A DNA stretch of 56,724 bases, the filler included, from Sphacelaria rigidula (lineage: Eukaryota), in NCBI GenBank assembly GCA_964200075.2. It is 7 parts of 7 records of this genome, joined end to end, with 100 filler letters (N's around TTAATTAATTAA, not from the genome) between each part and the next. Parts side by side here need not be neighbours in the genome. Positions count along the whole stretch, not along the records: positions 32,473 to 40,490 come from CAXNAA020012622.1; positions 40,591 to 48,607 come from CAXNAA020012623.1; positions 48,708 to 56,724 come from CAXNAA020012624.1; 4 more parts are not named here. One strand, written 5' to 3'. Shown piece after piece: positions 36,654 through 50,279 of the stretch. The translations under genes and the position numbers were made by a program. Each line of letters starts with the position of its first letter. Within the stretch, counting starts at the first letter, position 1. A model generated the notes under the pieces. It worked only from the letters and a program-made list of their open reading frames with translations, did no database searches and was not told the origin of the DNA.

Positions 36654-37336
36654 TATATATATGTATATATATATATATATGGGGAAACCACAACTAACTG
36701 CTGCACACATAGGCGCCCTACGTGCAATGTGAGAGATGTGTACGACACTTTCTACAATAGCCTCCCCCTGAAAAAACGTGAATGGGTTGGGGAGGCAAAA
36801 TTTACACGTAAATCGAGATGAAAAAAGCCGAGCACAACGACCAGCTGGGAACTGTAACGCCTTGGGTCCGTTTCCTCCAATGACGCCTATATGAGGCGCT
36901 TCTTGCAGCCTGAAACCAAACACCAGGCACTGGATGTTCAAGCTGAGCACATACAACATTCTTCTTGTCTCTGTCTTCACCAACATGTTTCACGCATATA
37001 ATCCGATATGTCTCCTGGATTGGTCCGCTTTGCGGCGAGTGGCTCACGACAACGGCGCGACCTAGTTGCAGGTGGGGTATGCAGGGAAGAGCGTACATAT
37101 CGCGAACGCCTCCGGGACCAATTCCTCGACAAACCCAATTTCGAATGCTGATGAGCACACGAAGCAACAGGCATACTCCACAGTAGCGCACAGCAGGGCT
37201 GTAACACCGATCATGTCTCTGTTTGTTGTAGGGCAGGATGCTGTAAACGTAGGCGGCGATGAGTTCTTTGCTCCATACTACTGGGAATCATAAAATCAAT
37301 CGTTTTTCTCGGGGCACTTCTTCATTCAAGCCAAGT

Positions 37337-40079
37337 TGTTGGATAACAAAAATATGCTGATAGTTGATAGTTGCTGCGGCATGGACAACATGATATTAGC
37401 TGGGTGTTCAAGTGTAAGCCTGTCATCATGAGAGTGTGCAGTACGTACTGGCAACCGTTCATACCCGCCGCAGCCCATGCGCAGGAATACTACAGTGTGT
37501 CCACGCAGATAACAGTTCTGAGTATCATACACATGACCGTATACTCGCAAGTAGGAAGACTTGTGAAATCACACCATCATTGTACTACAAGTACCGCTGT
37601 CTGCTGTCTGCTGTGCGGACTGTACACCATGTACAGCGGACAACAGATAACAGCAGTAGTACAGGAGAACTACTGTACAGGGCCTGTAGTGCTCTGAACG
37701 CAGTTGACAAGTGGTGCGATACAGGAATAAATACTCCCACTTCTTGTCCAAAGATCGCTGCCTGCCCCGGCAGCTTGTTCACAATGAATTCGGAAGAAAT
37801 ATTTTATTATCGGGAAAAAAAAGAGAGTGACCCTCGAAGGGATCAACAACTCCCACCTACAATGCCGCGAACCACACATCAAGCCAATCTCCCGCGGGAC
37901 ATTCTCAGTCTACAGTATCTCCCGTGGGCCATATAAATGTCCCGTGGAACATTCTCACTCTTGTTCTGGATAACATTACTTTCTACGGAGACTCCCAAAG
38001 GAACATATCTTATACTACCCCGAAAGATATCTGCGGATGCAGAATTGACCAATATACGAACACCTTTCCTTGAGCATTTGCTACATCAACAAGTAGTTTT
38101 CTTTGATCAACTCTCAGAACTCTCAACAAATAGATATTGCTTCACTCAATACCCAACAAACAATTTCGATGGTGGACGAAAGCTCCGCGAGGTAACACTT
38201 TGGTCAGAATATCAGCGTGTTGCTCCTTACTCCGTACGTGTTCCAACGTGATCCTCTTTCTGTCCACTAACTCCCTCAGAAAATGATGACAAATATCTAT
38301 ATGCTTGCTGTTCGACGAGCTTATTGGAGTTTCAGCTAAAGCAATCGCACCCCCGTTATCCTCCAACACCCTGACGGTCCTTGCTTTCCTGTCAACTAAA
38401 AGAAAATCCACAATGCCGTCTAAAAACAAAGCTTCTTTGACACCATCCCCCATAGCCACATACTCTGCTTCCGTGGTCGAAAGTGTAACGCTCTTCTGCG
38501 TCCTGGGGTACCATGCTACTGGTGATCTACCGCACAAAACTGCACCACCCGATACCGATCTCTTTGCCTCGTCATCCTTCCCGTAGTCCGCATCCACGTC
38601 CACTGTTGTTCTTATGTCTATACGAGTACCTACACGATATGTCAGCCCTAGGTCCGCCGTTGAATGCAGGTACTCGAAAATCTTGCGTACTGCCTTCCAG
38701 TGGGTTTCCTTCGGGTCGTGCGAGTGTCGCGCCACGGCCCTCACTGCGTTGGAGATGTCAGGTCTGGTTTGATTGGCAATCCACATCAAACAACCAACAT
38801 TTCGCGAAATGGCACATCCCTGACACCTTTTTCGTCATTCACGGACCTGAGATTCATAGAGGCGGGAAGAGAGCTGGAGCGGCAAAAATCAAAACGTGCA
38901 AGTACGCTTCTAATGTAACTCGTCTGTGACAACTCGATAACCCTGCTCTCCTTGTCACGCTTGTACTCCACTCCCATGTACCATGTGAGATCGCCCAAAC
39001 GCTTAGTTGGCAGTGTGTCATTAAGCGCTTCCACCACTATCTTACCCACACTGCTTGCCCCTCCAAAAATGATATCATCTACATGCAAAACGACTGCTCC
39101 TACCAACTTACCATCCACTAGCAATCGCAATATGCATGGATCCGACAGGCACTGTTCGAAACCAATTTTCACAAGTCTCGACACTAACAGTTTGTAGAAT
39201 TGTCTGGCGCTCTGTTCAAGTCCATAAATGGATCTGTTAAGGTGGATAATCTTTCCTGACACTGATCCGCAACCGGGGGGCAGCCTCATATATATCTCAT
39301 AGTCCAAATCCGACTGAATGAAGGCCTGCTCGATGTCGAAATGACCAAGATCCCATCCACACGCGTTTGTCAACGCTACGAGGAGACGACTTGTTGCAGC
39401 ATTCGCAGTAGGTGAAAACATCTCCAGGAAATCAATCTCGTACCGTTGACTAAAACCTTTTGCTACAAGCCTAGCCTTTGCCTTCAAGATTTCGCCGTTG
39501 ACATCAGTTTTCCACTTGAAAACCCATTTAGCGTTCACTATGTTACGCCCTTCCGGAACCGATCCTACTAAGGTAAAAGTTCCTGCTGCAAGCAACCCCT
39601 CGAACTCTAAATTGATAGCCCCCTCCCAAAGGTCAGCATGTGCAGAGGCGCGGGCTTCGGCAATCGTTGTGGGCTCCGGCTCTTTGGCATGTTCGGCAGG
39701 TATCTCGTTCGACTTCTTCTTCAATGTTCTCTGCTCAGCAATCAGCACACGCGAGGTTTGGCCCCCGTTGATGGGTCCCAGCGAAGTTAGCAAACCGATC
39801 CGTTGTTGCTGGTTCAGCGCCCGCGTTTGTGCTCGCGTCCTGCCCTCCCTGCATTCTTCATCGTCATGTATGTGGACCCACGTTGTACGCCTCGAGCTGT
39901 CTTAGCGCGTTGCGTGTTTGCGCTGGCACACCTTCTCCATCAGGAATGGCATCGCTGCTGTTGCTGGAGGACGCTGCAGGTGCTGATGATGCGCTGCTGC
40001 GAGATGATGGTGACGCAGATGCTGATCGGTCGTCGAGAGATGGCGAGGGCGGTGTTGATGACGACTCGCCTCTGGATAA
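37337..40079 (-). mobile_element. Ty1/Copia LTR retrotransposon, 3' part (RT, RNase H, PPT, 3' LTR)
   Basis: RT and RNase H at 38142-39793; minus-strand PPT aagaagtgggag at ~37734-37745; LTR ~37337-37733 ending ...ccaaca. Confidence 0.88.
38142..39793 (-). pseudogene. Copia reverse transcriptase + RNase H, single frameshift near 38800
   Basis: 'KWVFKWK', 'KAKARLVAKGFSQ', 'HFDIEQAFIQS', 'RSIYGLEQS', 'LHVDDII', 'TRPDISNAV', 'DADYG', 'LSTTEAEYVA', 'EDNGGAI', 'SKHIDI', 'QHADILTK'. Confidence 0.95.
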
Positions 40080-40490
40080 CAAAGGATTCTATAAAATGAG
40101 ATTCATCAATGAAATGAGGTTCAAGCTCAAAACAATACTTTCTCCACGCTTTCAGCGATGGTGCCCGATGACTTTCTTGTCGGCCTAATGCCCCTCGATC
40201 GCGTAGATACTTCTTCAGCGCATTCTATAGACTCTGTGAGCTTACAGCGCTGTCCGAAACCACCATTTCTACTTATTTTTTAGGGGGGGGGTGATATCAG
40301 GGAAAACAGCAGTTTCGGTCGGCGCTGTAAGCTCACAGAGTCGGTAAAATGCGTTATATAGGTATCTACGCGATCGAGGGGCATTGGGCCGACAAAAACG
40401 TCATTGGGCACCATCGCTGAAAGTGTGGGGAAAGTACTGTTTTGGGCTCGAACCTCATTTCATTGATGAACCTCATTTTATAGAATCCTC
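40080..40490. mobile_element. Palindromic MITE inserted in the Copia element
   Basis: ggattctataaaatgag.ttcatcaatgaaatgaggttc ... gaacctcatttcattgatgaacctcattttatagaatcc; ~180-bp arms. Confidence 0.9.
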
Positions 40491-42129
40491 NNNNNNNNNN
40501 NNNNNNNNNNNNNNNNNNNNNNNNNNNNNNNNNNTTAATTAATTAANNNNNNNNNNNNNNNNNNNNNNNNNNNNNNNNNNNNNNNNNNNNCCCCCCTCTA
40601 TCGTAGCATGAACTCCAACCCCAGGGAAAAATTGCCATGAAAGGGTTCTGCGTGTAGCTTTTCTGTTTTACAGCAACCCTAGCTTGGTAATGAACGTTCA
40701 CCTCCGGACGGCCGTTGGCACCCACGGCTGGTGAACAAGGAGCACTGCCGTGATCACTGAACAGTGATAGATCGCCCATCGAAAGGGTAAGGCTGTTCGT
40801 GCTTAAGGTTTGGGGATGTGATCTGGCGCTGGAACGAGAGCGCATCAACACCAGACCAAGGGCATGCATAATGTTCAGGCAAAGAGGGGGAAGGGGGGGC
40901 GGTACAAAAAACTGAGGAAAGAGTCTGAAAACAGTCGGGGCATGCACAGATAAAGCCTGGCAGCACAATGAGGTGTTGCTTAGTCCCCGACAGGTCGCTT
41001 GTTCAACGTCAGACTTGACGTTTGCTTCCCCGTGGAAAGAGCGAGCATTCCGTCTGCTAGTAAAAAGCGAACAGCGCGGATTTTCTCGAGCTCGTATGAA
41101 AGATCAACCGGGTCTTCGATACCCATGGCGAGTTTTCTGAGAAGTACTGTCTTGTTCCTCGTTTCCCAATTCGGAGAGGCTAGGGCTTACGCCACCGACA
41201 AACATCACCAGCATCTCAGCCCAATTGCTGATCGATTTCATGGCGTGGGGATTGAAAGCAGGTTGACTCGTTGTTACATCTTCCGTCGAAATTTGAAGGA
41301 TTGTCAAGAGTTTGGTCTCATCAAACCTTGTACGACGGTACTTTTCATTGACACGACATATCGTGTATTGCAGATGCCCATCCCTTCCTAGTGTTGCTCA
41401 ACCCTCTGACTTACGTTGCATGCAGTTAACACACAGTATCTGGTTCCACTACCACAATCCTGTCGAATACATCGAGTTGATTCACTGGGTGATTTAATGA
41501 CACTCGCGATTGAAACATATCTGATTGCAAATCTGCTTCAAAACCCGCTTGTTCACGTTTCATCATCTACTCCACGTAGCCATGCAATGCATTCCAAGGT
41601 GCTCCTCCATTCGCATTAGTAAAGCAAAATAATCCCTCAGCGTAACAACCCACGACCTCCAGCAGGCAGATTCGTAGAGGTGCGTATATTTGTTGCTTCA
41701 GTGTGTCTTCGTCCAAGCACAAGGTCCCACCATTCGACGGTCCTGTAGCTTACTCATAAAACGAGATAATATGCAGTGTGTATCCGATGTGCCACTAACT
41801 TCTCATGCTGCCTGGACTTGTCTGTTACAAAGGGAACTGAAGCCCCAGCGTCTTTTCAAATGAGATCATGGATATACATCAAGAACATTAGCGTCTGCAC
41901 CCACAGTGTTTTTCAGCAGAACACTGGCACGGGGGGATTTGAGCAGGCACCTCACCGAGGGTGGCTGCGTGTTCTCATGATGAACCAGCAGCGGTGAGGA
42001 ACGAACGAGCAAACGATGTATCGCCTCTCTCGGGGCCGGATGCGCACCACCGTGATCGTACGGAGCCCCCCGTTCCGTTCCACATAACACAGACTCGTGC
42101 TGGTCAGGCAATGACACGAACACACGCAC

Positions 42130-42544
42130 CTGCTGATGTCTCCTGCTGAAGGAGCGCGATGGTGGCGTCCGCCGAATCCTACCGTCGGAGAACCGCCAGA
42201 GTCGGTGAAGCCGCCACCGCCGCCGTTCCGCCCGCTGCTACTCTGCTGCCGTAATACAGTGGCTGGAGATCTACCGATCGGAGATCTCGTAGCTGGAGAA
42301 GCCGCTGGTGACCAAGGCATTCTGAAGGCCGAGTCCACGGAGTCTGAACCTCTCACCATGGGTGAAGCGGGCGGGTAGAGACCAGACGACCCGTTGCTGA
42401 ACCCGCCGTAGGCCGGGGCGAATTCAGTGTGTGTTGGGGGTGTTGACAGGGATGGTGCGCCGCGGTGGTGGAAGTTCGGGGTATTGTACCCACTCGAGGA
42501 TCGACCCCTCGTGACGTTCGCGGGAGGCGAAGGTGGCACTGAAC
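42130..42544 (-). CDS. Probable internal exon, Ser/Pro/Gly-rich, unidentified protein
   Basis: Stop-free GC-rich frame bounded by a tctccAG acceptor and an AG|GTGCGT donor. Confidence 0.45.
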
Positions 42545-43574
42545 CTGGAGAGATGGGCATGCCATATATGTTTTTTATTGTCAGACGATACAGGTAGGCC
42601 GAGGGTCAAACGCACAGAATATCTGTAGACGGTGTGACAGTGATTAGTGCATGGCCAGGTGTGTCAGATAGAGGACGTCGAACCTCTCGCGCAGAGGCCG
42701 CCAGATTTCCTTGGGGCATCTTTTCAAAAGGCTAGGTAAAGTCATCATCCATGCGATCAGCTGTGGCGCTTGCGAAAGCTGAAGCCTAGACTTAGATACA
42801 GTATCGGCTGGTGGGGTAGGTGCCAATACACGCCATGGAACTCGATTCCATTTAGGTCTGGTTGGCCCTTGTACACCAGCTATTCATCACCGGGTGCGTT
42901 TCATAGATATCCTCCGTGTCCGCAGAGGGTACGACGATAGATAGGTTGTTCTTAAGCGCGGCTCAGGCTTCGGTCACCTGGCCGTGCTAATCATAAGTCT
43001 CACAACGCCCACATGTTCGTGCGAGAGAAAGCGATTGAGGTAAGGCGAAGCATCTCCAATCACCGGAGTAGGGAAAACAGTCATGCCGATGGCGCAAGCT
43101 TCCCGGAAAGGGATGCCTGAAAAGATCAATAGGCATGCACACGGGGACACCCTTTCGAACAGAGTGTTGAGTGGTTTTAGTTGTGAACAGCAAAATCATA
43201 CCGCTCCAGTCAGCACTAGCGCTCACATTCGTCGAGCTGAGTCGTGCGGAAGAAGGACGATGCATCCATCTGCTCCCTGCGACTACGAGCTGCTACGGGC
43301 GTGTTCCCCTGGCTGAGCATAACGAAGGCCGGTAGGCGTCGTTCCGACCGAAGCTCGCAAGGCGACTCGTCCTGAGAGGTGTAGGAACTGTCTTCCGTCA
43401 TGTACCCTGCTGCAATACTGCACAGGAAGAAGACAATCGAAGTACCTTGTTTGATAACGAAGCAATGAATGGGGGTATTCTATTCACCTTATTCCCACAT
43501 TGCACTGGTAGAGAAGTTGTTCATTGCTATCGCAAACGACTTTTCCATTCCTACAAAACCGTTTCCCGCAATTT

Positions 43575-43654
43575 CTATTGGCTGAGCGAGGCGCATATCG
43601 CGCTGCACGGGTTGCTATTGGATGAGCGACGCGCATATCGCGCAGCACGGGCTG
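43575..43654. repeat. 40-bp tandem duplication
   Basis: ctattgg.tgagcga.gcgcatatcgcgc.gcacggg.tg x2. Confidence 0.85.
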
Positions 43655-45064
43655 CACTCACGTTTCCTCGTCGAGGGTTGGATGCCTCAGCTCCCCCAAA
43701 CCGTGCGCGAACGCGCAGCTACCAGCTTTTCCGGGAAACGTTCAGCAGATGTGGTGCGGGAAGCCAATTGCATGCACGGAGCGTGTTCGAGAGACGCGAA
43801 GGGGGGTAGAACAATGATGTGTGGCAATGCTTATGGGCATAGTATATGCAAGACGAAGCCTCAAGAACACGTCTTCCATCACAAAGTATTGCGCATATAA
43901 TATATACATCGTTGTTGGTATTACCGTTTCGCAGCGTGTGATCGATTCTTCGCGTGGTCCATCTGCCGAGAGTCTTGCGTGAAAACCGCTGGAGAGCCGA
44001 ATAACCTCCCCCACAGACCCTCTCCATCTCTTAATTCCGGCACACATATCAACAGCGAGAGAAAGTGCACTCAGCAAAATTTACCTCGAAAAGTGCGCTC
44101 GATCAATCTCCCGCGACTCACTTACAGACCCCGCTGCAGTGTACGCGATGTCTCGTCAGCTCTAGAAAGGAGTCAGAGCGACTTGCCTCTTCCCTACAAC
44201 GTTTAGCACTCGGATTCCGCATGGGGTGGTGTGGTGAGCGCAAAATACGCAATGTACTCAGATGATGGGGAAATATCAAGATATCTTCGTTCACCTACTT
44301 CCAGGAGGCACTTGGATTCCTCCTTGTACTTTTGCAGCAGGGGTGTGAAACCAGCAATCACGTATCACTACTACTTGCATCTATAATAGCGAGTGCCCTA
44401 CACATGCATGCGCAAGTCATTCTCGTAGCCATCAGCTATATAGTGTAGGAAAGGGTAACACCACTTACCACCGTAGGGGCAACGCCCGTTTTGCCAGTGG
44501 CGGCAGATCTCCGTCTGTGTTTGAGGGGAAGGCAGAAAGAACGCGAGAGGCATGGACACATGATCAAGACAGGGCGCTTGATGCAGACTCGCATGTGTGT
44601 TGTAGACAAAGAAACTCGATAACTACGAGTAGCTATTATACAAGAAGTCCCCAGGTTGTGGACAGACTGGCAATGCGCTTGCGGAATCATTTGATACTCG
44701 CACTTGTTAATCCGGAGTAAACATGAAAATAATTTCGGGCTGGAAGTTCGCACGCAACTTGACCCTAACGAATCAGAATTTTGCGAACCACAGTTTGCGC
44801 GGCACTATACTACTGTACTGTTTTCATGAGCCACGCTCTGCTCGTATACATCATTTTTTTCTGACTTGTCGCGTGTTAGTTGAATTGTCGCTTGTTCACC
44901 CCGGAAGCGGGGTACCTGTCAACTTCAAGTACGTGGATAGGAAGCTATTGCTTCTATCTCTGGTCTTAGGCCACCAAATACTCGTACAAGTACGAAGTCA
45001 ACCATTTTTAATTCATTAAACTGTTGTGTGCCCTTGTGTCTTGATTTTTGCGCGCTCCTGCACC

Positions 45065-45402
45065 AAAGGTTCCCTGACTCCATCTGTTGAACTGGCATCA
45101 GCTTCACTTGAAACATAATCATCAGGATGAAGTGCTCATCTGCGGGCGCTCAAAACAAAAGTCAGATGGACGCACTTGGCCGCCTGGAGGGAAACCTCAG
45201 ACCGCGATGCGGGTAGTCCATCTGGATCACGCATACTTTCTTCAAGTGAAATTGATGCCGATTCAGCAGGTGACTGAACTACCTTCGCGGTCAAAGGGTC
45301 AACCCTTTTGGTCGGCAGGGTGGGTCTGGATCTCGCAGTTATTATCTACGCGAGATGGGCGCCGATTGAACCAAGAAACCTCCCTGGCGGTCAAGAGGTT
45401 AA
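45065..45402. mobile_element. Stack of about three ~100-bp TTAA-type (piggyBac-like) mini-MITEs
   Basis: Core gtagtccatctggatca.gcatact..ttcaagtga..tgatgccg.ttca.cag; junction ...caaaggg|tcaa|ccctt... and end ...gagg|ttaa. Confidence 0.7.
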
Positions 45403-48400
45403 TGCTCTCATCACTTTCGACGTGAGGCTGATTACAACTCCGCAATATATTTTCCGAAGATTGTGGATTACCGCTGCAAAATACTATCTGTGCATCGCTG
45501 GATTACACTATTATACTTCCGAGTACGAGTGCGTAGAGGGAGCTTTGAGTCTGCCCTAAGCCACACATGATGTGAGTGAAGTTCTACAATTCCAAATAAA
45601 TGAAGTCGATGGGATGACCCGGTAAGCAACCATTTGGGCGATAATTTTAACGGATATACGATGCTGTACACAAACGGAGCGGCTTGATACACTAAAACCT
45701 CCAAAGCGCATGAACGGTCAGATTTTGAAGTCAATGTGGGTCGACACAGGTGTATGTCGTCCCATCACCACCCGTGAAGAGTATTTGCGATCGACATCAT
45801 TGCGCAGGTGATCAGTGCTCTTACTAGATGACCACGCTTTCGTAGGAAAACTGCGCCATCTCCAATAGCGGGGAGAACAACATACTTCAGGGGGTGTTAT
45901 CTACCATCAGCACGAGCAATCTGACCACTGTTGTCTGTAGTGTCGTGTACCATTACTGTCCAGTATATGCTACAACTGACTGTACTGTAGTTTGGGAATC
46001 AGCAGCCCGTCTCCACGGCAACAGCATGAAACCCAAATCAAATGCGCAAGACATTCTCATGTGCGTGTACCTTGCGGTTCGCCTCAACGATTCCCTGCCC
46101 AGGCCTCCCACGCCTTCTCCGCCGCCGGGACGAGGAAGAGCCTGGTGTGGTTGCTCCTTCCACGGCCTATTCCCGAGTATAAATATGACCCCGCGCAGAG
46201 CACAGATAGGCAGTGAACGTGAGCAGGACCCCCGAACGAAAACATTTAAATATGCCGCAACAACACGGTCGACGCAACCAAAGGCGACAACTGGATACAG
46301 GACACGCGCAGGCTCTGCAGCTGTTGGTGACAGCAGCTGAGATACATCTTACATGATGATAGGGGAGGGAATATGTGCTTTCGTGTTTTCGAGCTTTTTC
46401 GGCGCTGCTGGCTGTCACTGCCCCACGCGAAGAATACGAGATCATCCTGGAGCTTTTTTCCGGGGGTTGCATCTGTCTTGTCATTATTGCAGCATTATTG
46501 TCACTTGTTGGGCGTGATATCTGCAGAATATCGAATCTCTCCACCGCCTTGTCCGCGCACGACACCCTCGAGCCTAGACGTGCCATTTAATCTTCGTCTG
46601 GTCTGCTGCATTGCATGCACTGCACTGAACTGCGCTGCACTACACTGCACATCCAGATGCACTCTCCATCAGCTGGTGTAAGTATGGTACCGTAACGTGC
46701 GTTTCCAGACGAGCAGATGAGGTACAAGCTTCAAAACTCGAGTGCAGCAAAAGTCAATAATCCGACGCACCTGCTGAGACTGCGACATTCCAGCGATCGA
46801 AAGGAAATTCACCCACGATCCTCCGACATCCACACTTGCTGTCCTCGACAGCGATTCAACGTGCGGCCAGCAATCTCCAAGACCTTTCCCTCCCTCTCTC
46901 CTGGCCTTTCTCTTGTGCGCCCCCCCCCCCCTCTCAAGTCGGAGCTTAGACCAGAAGTGACCAACCACTGAGCCTCCTTTGAGGTCTCTCAGACCGAAAC
47001 TAACTGGTCGGTAGTTCGATTGTTTTTTTTTGCGGCGTGTCGCGTGTCGTGGATCCCATCGCAAAGTGATCCGAAAGATCCATTGTACGGGATCAGGTCG
47101 ACGTCTCAAATCACACGCAAATTGAAACATCACCGAAAAATGAAACGAAATTGTGCGGCCAGGGATTTCCCTGCCCAACGATATATTGTTTTGAACACAA
47201 AAGTGAGGGGGGGCGGCGCAGTTTGGAGGGGCAGTTGTTCTTGTTTCGTTGCGCTATTTGTGGCGCGTTGTCGGTCCGCCTTTTCTGTCGGCCAGGGTCC
47301 GCGGGCGACTCCGAAACACAGCACCACCACCACCACGTAACAGGTAGCAAGCGAAAAAGCAACAAGACGACGGCATCAACGACGCCGATGACGACAGCGG
47401 TAGCGACAACAGCAACAACAACAACGGCATCAATAGCAGCAGCAACAAAAAGCAACAATAGCAAAAATACTAACGACCGTCTGCTATTACAACAACATTC
47501 GCAATTCGCATCATGAAGTTCACCAGTATTCATTCAACAATGTTTGTTACACCCAGACGAAATAGACCAGCATCGCCATCAAACCTTATGAACATTAGAG
47601 CATCAAGAATCCATCACGTCGATTTGGATGAAACTACGCAATGAAGTGCTGGATGAATACACGGTGACGATTACTCGTTATTATTATCCGTTCCATCATC
47701 ACTGATTGATGAATTAGCAGCGGCAGGATAACAAATACCACGTACTATTCTACTTTCGTCATACAGCAGGGAGTCGGCACGACACAAACATGCGCATGAT
47801 CACTTACGTACATGCCGCACAACAGTAATGTATGCAATACAAACAGAGGGCGGCGGTAAGCATCCTGCACAACCTCACAAACGAGACGTGGAGGCATGCA
47901 ACAAAGTGCAAACGTGACGTACTTTCGTCATTATTTTGGTGACGCGGGGCAAGTCGATGATGGCAGCGATCAGGGTACTGCTACAATACCTATGATCATG
48001 ATGGCATATTCAGAAAAGATTCAGGTCGTCACTTGTCAGCTACTCAGTCACTATCTTCCGGTATCCACAGCTGCATACTAATTATAGTCAGTTGTTGCAC
48101 ATATTTCAACAATCAATTCGATCTTCCTACACTATGCCGAGAGTGCTGGGTTTTTGCTATGACAGCAGCTCAATCAAGAAATAATGAAAATGATGATCCT
48201 CGATATCCCATGCTCTTGGCAAGAGACCGCGAATAAACCGTGGATCGATCTCACCAACAACAGTACATGTGTGGCAGAGATCGCACAAAAAAGGAGGATG
48301 ATTGGTTGTCGATGATGAGTACTGTAGGTGGCCCTGAAATCTGAAGAGTTGCATACATACCTGCTTATAGCACTATACCCTTACTAGGTTCAGCGCTGAT

Positions 48401-48532
48401 CGAGCCTGTGCCATAAATATTTGTTCGCTCGGAGATGGATACTGTGAGAGGTACTGTATAGGGCGATGCTCACCAATGTTCGGACGGGGGAGCAAGCAAA
48501 TAGAGTAAGCGGACTGCCTTCTAGATGTAACA

Positions 48533-48607
48533 ACAAATTGTGAGAATTGAGGTTTAACTTCGAGATGAGGCTCAAGCCTAAAACAGAAGTTAAACCTCAA
48601 TTCTCAC
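48533..48607. mobile_element. Small palindrome related to the TGAGGTTCA MITE family
   Basis: gtgagaattgaggtttaactt...aagttaaacctcaattctcac at the contig end. Confidence 0.55.
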
Positions 48608-49017
48608 NNNNNNNNNNNNNNNNNNNNNNNNNNNNNNNNNNNNNNNNNNNNTTAATTAATTAANNNNNNNNNNNNNNNNNNNNNNNNNNNNNNNNNNNNN
48701 NNNNNNNCTTTTTTCTTTCTTTTGGGCAATCAGGCCGAAGAAATCGTGAATTTGGCGATTTTGAGTCGTGGTGATTTGTCCTAACCGTGGAAAATTAGGT
48801 TCTTTTCTCCATGAAACAAATTAAAGAGAGTTCCGATGGTATAGCCCAAAACCCGAGTAACATCACCCTTACGCCGAACAAAACGTTAATGAAACAAACA
48901 GCTGCCCCGTGCAAAAAAACATCGGGCAAAAACAATTTAAAGGAAGATTTCTGAAGCGAAGGTGAACGTAGGTAAGGAGAGCGACCTCCTCGCCACACAA
49001 CCGATTTTCAGCCTCAC

Positions 49018-49607
49018 TTCGAGTCTCCTCGCGTGCAAGCTATCATGAGCGGCGTTTCCCCTCCAAAGAAGCTTGGATAGTTCACATCAACATCATCCGA
49101 GCTGGCCAGAACCTGTGCAGACCAGGCAACGCGGCGTACAAGAGGTAAGGCTAGAGGATCGCTGAAAGGTACCAACACGGGGACACAAATGGATGTAGGG
49201 TTTCATCACTAGTATAGGACGTCTCACCCGCAACAGGCAAACGCTACATGGCAGCGACGAATGGTCACTGCAAGATGAACGCACGGGAGAACATCCGAAT
49301 GCAGGCAACTGCCCCTTGAAGCGGTGTCTGACATAGCGTGGACACAACACGATCTAGATCACCACGTATATCAAGAGGGCAATACCGGGATAAGCACCAC
49401 AGGATGGTGAACCAAGGGCTGGCCACTCGCGCATACCTTGACTAACTCTAGGTTGCCCGTATTGGCTGCCACGGTCATAGCGGTATCCCCATGAGCATCC
49501 TCCACATGCACCGGTCCCCCCCGCTCCACATACGAGCGTAGGATCTCCACTTCCTCCTGTTCGATGCACTCGAAGAGGTTCCTCGACTCTGGTTTCACGT
49601 GCACCAT
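49018..49607 (-). CDS. Ankyrin-repeat protein, two exons (partial)
   Basis: Exon 49437-49607+ ('NLFECIEQEEVEILRSYVERGGPVHVEDAHGDTAMTVAANTGNLELVK', donor GTATGC) splices in phase 0 to 49018-49112 ('VLASSDDVDVNYPSFFGGETPLMIACTRGDS'). Confidence 0.85.
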
Positions 49608-50279
49608 GGTGCATGGGCCCGCCGAAGGTCCATCACCCCGAGGATAAGCCACATGATATAGATACAACACACACTGACTGACTGTGAATTGTGCACAAGA
49701 GGTTGATAAACCGCGACAACTCGAAACATGGCCGAACCCTGACAGTTCTGTAATTGACCTCAGGAAACACCAAAAAGCATTTTCAACGCAACCACTAGTA
49801 GGGAGTGGGACATCGTTCTCGGCCTCTACGGTAGTCCTAACCTCGACCACATGGTTGACAAGCGGAGGTGGGTTCGCAAGCTCCCCCCTGCCCCTCGCGG
49901 GTAGGCTTTCAACCGAGATCGAAGGAAGAGGTGAATCCTGATTCAAACTCTAACCCCAGACATATGGCTAACCGGCATACTTGGCATCCCATTTCCGTCC
50001 GATTGGAGTCCTATCAAAATCGGAGCATCATCATTTCGCGCCATCCGTGCAGAGTCGTTATCGCACCTTTCGCCTGCATGACTGCTGTGATTCCACGTCT
50101 CCTAGGCTGGTCACCGCGACATCTCTTCAGACCAGTAGCGCGGCTACCGCTGCACGAACCCCGTGCTCCTTGACCAACCTGAAAGAAGCGGCAAAATCAT
50201 CACTTAAAATCCGCACCCAGTCGGCTTCAACATTTTCCTTCGATCTCATTGACGTGGACTATGGAGTATCTCCGGCCGA

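Noticed and set aside
40620..41900. Decayed coding sequence
   Set aside because: No motif recognised in the frames examined.
46090..46890. Candidate exons on either strand
   Set aside because: Splice signals and frames could not be assembled into a consistent gene.
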